Of a DNA stretch of 45,506 bases, positions 44,289 to 45,506 are shown piece by piece. The notes beneath the pieces were generated by a model, which was not told the origin of the DNA, ran no database searches, and saw nothing but the letters and a program-made list of their open reading frames with translations. The translations under genes and the position numbers were made by a program. Position 1 is the stretch's first letter. Every line of letters begins with the position of its first letter. Origin of the DNA: a virus (lineage: Duplodnaviria > Heunggongvirae > Uroviricota > Caudoviricetes); the IMG/VR virus record IMGVR_UViG_3300035034_002381, positions 128,001 to 173,506 of that record; one strand, written 5' to 3'.

Positions 44289-44601
44289 AATTAAAACGTT
44301 TAAACAATTTCTTTTTGAGAAAAATACATCAGAATATGAACCGCCGAAACATTTGGTTTCTCCAGCATTAGATCCAGAAACACAAGAACCTGATGATAAG
44401 ATGTATGATTATATGCGTGGTGAACTTGACAAGACTACAAAATACTTTGAACCTAGTATAAGCTCGATCGATGAAAAAATCAAAGGTGATTCTATTGAAT
44501 GTGATAATTGTGGATGGACATGGGAGATAAAAGAAGGTGGAAGTGATTTGTTTGTTTGTCATGAATGTGGACACGATAATTTAAATAAAGTTAACATTTA
44601 G
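44281..44601 (+). CDS. Small protein with capsid-targeting-like N-terminus and C4 zinc ribbon
   Basis: MNRIKTFKQFLFEK...; CDNCG...VCHECG. Confidence 0.7.
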   Translation: MNRIKTFKQFLFEKNTSEYEPPKHLVSPALDPETQEPDDKMYDYMRGELDKTTKYFEPSISSIDEKIKGDSIECDNCGWTWEIKEGGSDLFVCHECGHDNLNKVNI

Positions 44602-44693
44602 ATAATACTACTTTCGAATATTTTATTTACTTTTATAAATACAATCATTCATTAAAATTATCAAATGTCAAAAACAAAAACTTACCAATCAAC

Positions 44694-45248
44694 ATGGGGG
44701 TCACTCAATTCTACGAATCTTCTAGAAGTTGTCAACAATGTATTTTAGAACGTAGACGAAAAAGATATGCAAATCCAGAAAAAAGAGCGATGGATGGCAA
44801 GTATCAAGAATCTTGGTTAGAAAAAAATCCAGGATACATGAAACAAAATGACGCTGAACGCAGAGAGGCAACTAAAAAGAAAAAACAGACTATCTATAGT
44901 AAATTAATAGATAGAATTAATCGACTTGTTGATCATTATCAAATTGAGTTTCCTACCAATGTGATAATGCTAAAAATTAAAGCTGATAAGACTCCCGAAG
45001 AAAACTTTGGTTCTATCTATCAAGCTTATTTAAGACGTGTTAAATCTAATGTTAAGAATTATGAACAATTTAGATTGACTGGTGTTTACACACATGAGTA
45101 TCGCCATACCGTACCTAAACAAGAATGGGAAGGCAATTTCCGCCCAAATTACTCTCAACTACCACAAAATATCAAAGATCAATTAAAACAAGAAGCGATC
45201 GACAACGGCCAACAAATATTTGAAAAATTAGTAAAATCTGAATCATAA
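44694..45248 (+). CDS. Hypothetical basic protein
   Basis: 184 aa, single CQQC followed by an R/K-rich helix. Confidence 0.6.
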   Translation: MGVTQFYESSRSCQQCILERRRKRYANPEKRAMDGKYQESWLEKNPGYMKQNDAERREATKKKKQTIYSKLIDRINRLVDHYQIEFPTNVIMLKIKADKTPEENFGSIYQAYLRRVKSNVKNYEQFRLTGVYTHEYRHTVPKQEWEGNFRPNYSQLPQNIKDQLKQEAIDNGQQIFEKLVKSES

Positions 45249-45380
45249 ACAAAATTCGAATGGAAAACGAATCAATAGATTAAAAGACATTAGATTAAGT
45301 AATCTAGAAAAGGCCCGAAATACTTTTATAGCCATAAGTATTACTTTTGCAATTTGTTTAAGTGCCGTAATTTTAGAATT

Positions 45381-45506
45381 ATGAAATACCGAATTACAAT
45401 TAGAACTTACTATGGCTCATTTGAAATTGATGACATTGAGGCAGAAGATGAAGATGATGCTTTTGACAAAGCTTGTGAAGAAGCAAAGAAAGAAATTGAT
45501 TGTGCT
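45381..45506 (+). CDS. Small acidic phage protein, truncated by window end
   Basis: MKYRITIRTYYGSFEIDDIEAEDEDDAFDKA..., open to the window end. Confidence 0.6.
   Translation, partial: MKYRITIRTYYGSFEIDDIEAEDEDDAFDKACEEAKKEIDCA

Noticed and set aside
1590-44574. Minus-strand ORFs in the track (e.g. 9479-9904, 19032-19601, 42227-43042)
   Set aside because: All lie antisense to well-supported + strand genes. The poly-Ser ORF merely mirrors the D/E tract.
44634-44641. Canonical T4 late promoter TATAAATA
   Set aside because: An all-A/T 8-mer is expected by chance in such AT-rich DNA, and the structural genes here use GATATATA instead. It cannot be fully excluded.
1-45506. Stop-codon reassignment, as in some large phages
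   Set aside because: Core genes are full length in code 11 and end properly at TAG (nrdA, uvsX, gp46), TGA and TAA.
1-45506. tRNA/rRNA genes, group I introns, or inteins in nrdA, terL, helicase or topoisomerase
   Set aside because: Intergenic gaps are short with no cloverleaf seen, and the proteins have normal lengths without Hint or LAGLIDADG motifs.

Overview
Fragment of a large, AT-rich, T4-like (myovirus, probably jumbo-class) bacteriophage genome. All credible genes are on the + strand and use the standard genetic code. Replication/recombination genes (RNR alpha 3' end, NAD-dependent ligase, two-subunit topoisomerase II, sliding clamp, C-terminal half of a split family-B polymerase, UvsX, gp41 helicase, gp47/gp46, clamp loader gp44/gp62, RNase H-like 5' nuclease) alternate with virion/packaging genes (gp15-, gp4-, gp2-, gp14-like, portal, terminase subunits, sheath, tube, gp26-like, tape measure) and a minimal gp55-like late sigma. 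Best observations: (1) two promoter classes unlike T4's, AAAC-N17-ATATAA (six copies, identical spacing, mostly before replication genes) and GATATATA(C) (before structural genes); (2) two late motifs sit in the apex of RNA hairpins just upstream of start codons; (3) a perfect -2 tandem slippery site (CT-CTT-TTC) between tail tube and tape measure; (4) a membrane-anchored glycosyltransferase-like gene plus an Stf0 sulfotransferase appended to the portal transcription unit; (5) a polymerase split at the fingers whose partner is outside the window; (6) a C-terminal KRLF shared by the polymerase and a candidate gp33; (7) several T4-type capsid-targeting N-termini. Lack of Shine-Dalgarno sequences hints at a Bacteroidota host (inference). 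All homology calls come from motif recognition by eye; no database searches were run.
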